Of a stretch of DNA of 64,000 nt, positions 62,034-64,000 are shown piece by piece. Numbering within the stretch: the first letter of the stretch is position 1; each line of letters begins with the position of its first letter. The stretch is from Carcharhinus amblyrhynchos (taxonomy: Eukaryota): assembly GCA_965287045.1 (NCBI GenBank), contig OZ336872.1, positions 24,800,001 to 24,864,000 on the forward strand, written 5' to 3'. The position numbers and the translations under genes are program-made. The notes beneath the pieces are model-generated. The model searched no databases. It saw nothing but the letters and a program-made list of their open reading frames with translations, and had not been told where the DNA came from.

Positions 62034-62149
62034 AGAGACTTCAGGCAGTTACTCAGGAAATGTTAGACAGAAAATCTGAGTCAAACTCTTCATTAATGAT
62101 ACAACTGAGGGGCCACAACTCCCATGTTGGTGCCTAGACTGCTCCTCCT

Positions 62150-62985
62150 GACACCGCCACTCCCTCCAATTCAACTTATGTAGTTCCCAACACCCAACAT
62201 CCCCCCCTCAATCTGACCAGTCTACCTCACTATCCCAGAAATAACAACCTCTCCTGACCTGACCCAACTAGCCCAACCCACTCTCTCACCCTCCTGTCCA
62301 GCTGCCACTACACCCAACTGACACCCTGCTCATGTACCACCCAACCTAGTACCACCACAAAAAAACTACAGGAAACTACAAAGGTTGTGAATGTAGCCTA
62401 ATACAACAAGCAAACCAATCTCCCATCCATTGACTGAATACATTTCCCGTTACCTCAACAAAGCAGCCACCATAATTAAGGACCCCCATGCACCCCGGAC
62501 ATTCTCTCTTCCACTTTCTTCCTTCAGGAAAAGGATACAAAAGCCTGAAGTCACATACCAATGCTCAAGGCCAGCTTCTTCCCTGCTGCCACCAGAGTTT
62601 TGAATGGACCTACCCTGCATTCAGTTGATCTTTCTCTACAGCCTAGCTACGATTGTCACACTACATTCTTCACTCTCTCCTTCCCTATGAACAATATGCT
62701 TTGTCTGTATAGGGCACAAAAAACAATGCTTTTCACTGTATGCTAATACATGTGACAAGAATCAATCAAAATCACTGTACCCATCTTACCCTGCTGCCAT
62801 TGTACCCAGTTACCTGCCTAAAACTTCTGTCCCCCTACCCAACTACCACATTACCCACCTGCCACCTGAGCCACTTATCTCCCTACCCACCCTACCATCC
62901 TACCCAGCTGCCACTGTACCAACGTACCTTCCAGATGACCCATTTACACACCTGAATTCATTTCCCCATTCACCCACTTGCCCAA
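62150..62985 (+). repeat. C/A-rich low-complexity tract split by the Rex1-like fragment
   Basis: Degenerate (tacccacc/acccaact) units at ~62150-62360 and ~62775-62985. Confidence 0.55.
62375..62773 (+). mobile_element. Rex1/Babar-like LINE 3' fragment
   Basis: Homologous to the 57645 copy: cagcttcttccctgctgccaccagagttttgaatggacc...tgtgacaagaatcaatcaaaatc. Confidence 0.8.
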
Positions 62986-63700
62986 ATGTCTCAAAATTTT
63001 TCAGTGTGTTGGAAAACACTTTCCAAAATATGGCAGTCAGTGTCATTAAAAAAGGGGATGTGGCTTGCCTTCTACTCCACACGATCCAGAGAAGCAATTG
63101 GGTGGAAGACAGCTCTGCATGTCTGAAGAAGCCGGATTGGAAGACATGGCGGAGCACAAAAAAGCGGGAGCGGAACAGGGATTCAAAAATGATTGCAATG
63201 CTTTAAGAATGTTCAGGCTATTAAAATTAAATGTTCAGAATAGATGTATCACAATAATCCATATATGCCTCATTTTCCTTCCTCTTTCTCCTGTGATCTC
63301 TATTTTAATCATTTATGTGCTGGCATTATGTCTTTGCTTTGTTATTCTGTTTTCCTCCGCTCTTAATATTGGGGGTCAGGACTTGTGTGAAAGCATTGCT
63401 AATTGGCTAAGCATCAGTTTAAAAGTCTATTACTTCTGCCAGTCTGAAAATTGTTTGGTACAGTTTGACCTGGTCATCTGATAATAACAGGTCCAATTTT
63501 TATATCTCTTATGTCTCCAGGAAGGTGTAGCTGGCCAATGAGATAACTCATCAGTGTCCTAACTTTTGTCAACTTAAGTTGAGATTGGGTTAATAAGAAA
63601 AACTATTAAATCTTCATCTTATTTTTTAAACAACTCCATTAAAAATTATACTGTAGTATTAAAAGGAAGCTTTTCTATACAGCGTTGCTTTTGTAAGATA

Positions 63701-64000
63701 AGTTTTAAGTTTATTTTTATTAGTGTCACAAGTAGGCTTACATTAACACTGCAATGAAGTTACTGTGAAAATCCCCTAGTTGCCACACTCCAGCGCCTGT
63801 TCAGGTACACTATGGGAGAATTTAGCATGGCCAATACAGCTAACCAGCATGTCTTTCAGACTATGGGCGGAAACCTAGAGGAAAATCAGGCAAACATAGG
63901 GAGAACATGCAGATTTCATACAGACAGTGTCAATTCCCAAGCCAGGAATTGAACTTGGGGTCCTGGTGCTCTGAGGCAGCAATGCTAAGCACTATGCCAC
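63701..64000 (-). mobile_element. V-SINE variant with alternative tail, head at the window edge
   Basis: Reverse complement of the 53826 copy. Confidence 0.85.

Noticed and set aside
1-64000. CRISPR arrays, operons or other prokaryotic systems; exons of neighbouring genes; let-7-type miRNAs
   Set aside because: The DNA is clearly vertebrate. I saw no regularly spaced repeat-spacer array and recognised no additional coding exons or miRNA seeds. The remaining short ORFs are repeat-derived or random.

Overview
Vertebrate genomic DNA, almost certainly from an elasmobranch (shark): the repeats are HE1-type V-SINEs, CR1/HER1-type LINEs and Penelope-like relics. The only host protein-coding gene I can support is a complete 4-exon BARX1 homeobox gene on the + strand (CDS join 30693-30897, 32323-32617, 33370-33454, 33549-33713; 249 aa). 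It lies in a ~30 kb CpG-retaining domain with several enhancer-like blocks. The flanks carry a young 5'-truncated CR1 with an uninterrupted RT ORF, older CR1 and Rex1/Babar fragments, several SINE families and short TIR elements. The most striking unannotated structure is a set of minimal type I hammerhead ribozyme motifs in Penelope-like termini. The best example is a 292-bp TSD-bounded palindromic insertion (2484-2775) with one hammerhead on each strand. A second, ~380-bp palindrome lies at 42279-42657. Repeat boundaries were read by eye and are approximate unless exact motifs are quoted. Family names come from recalled consensus features, not from a database search.
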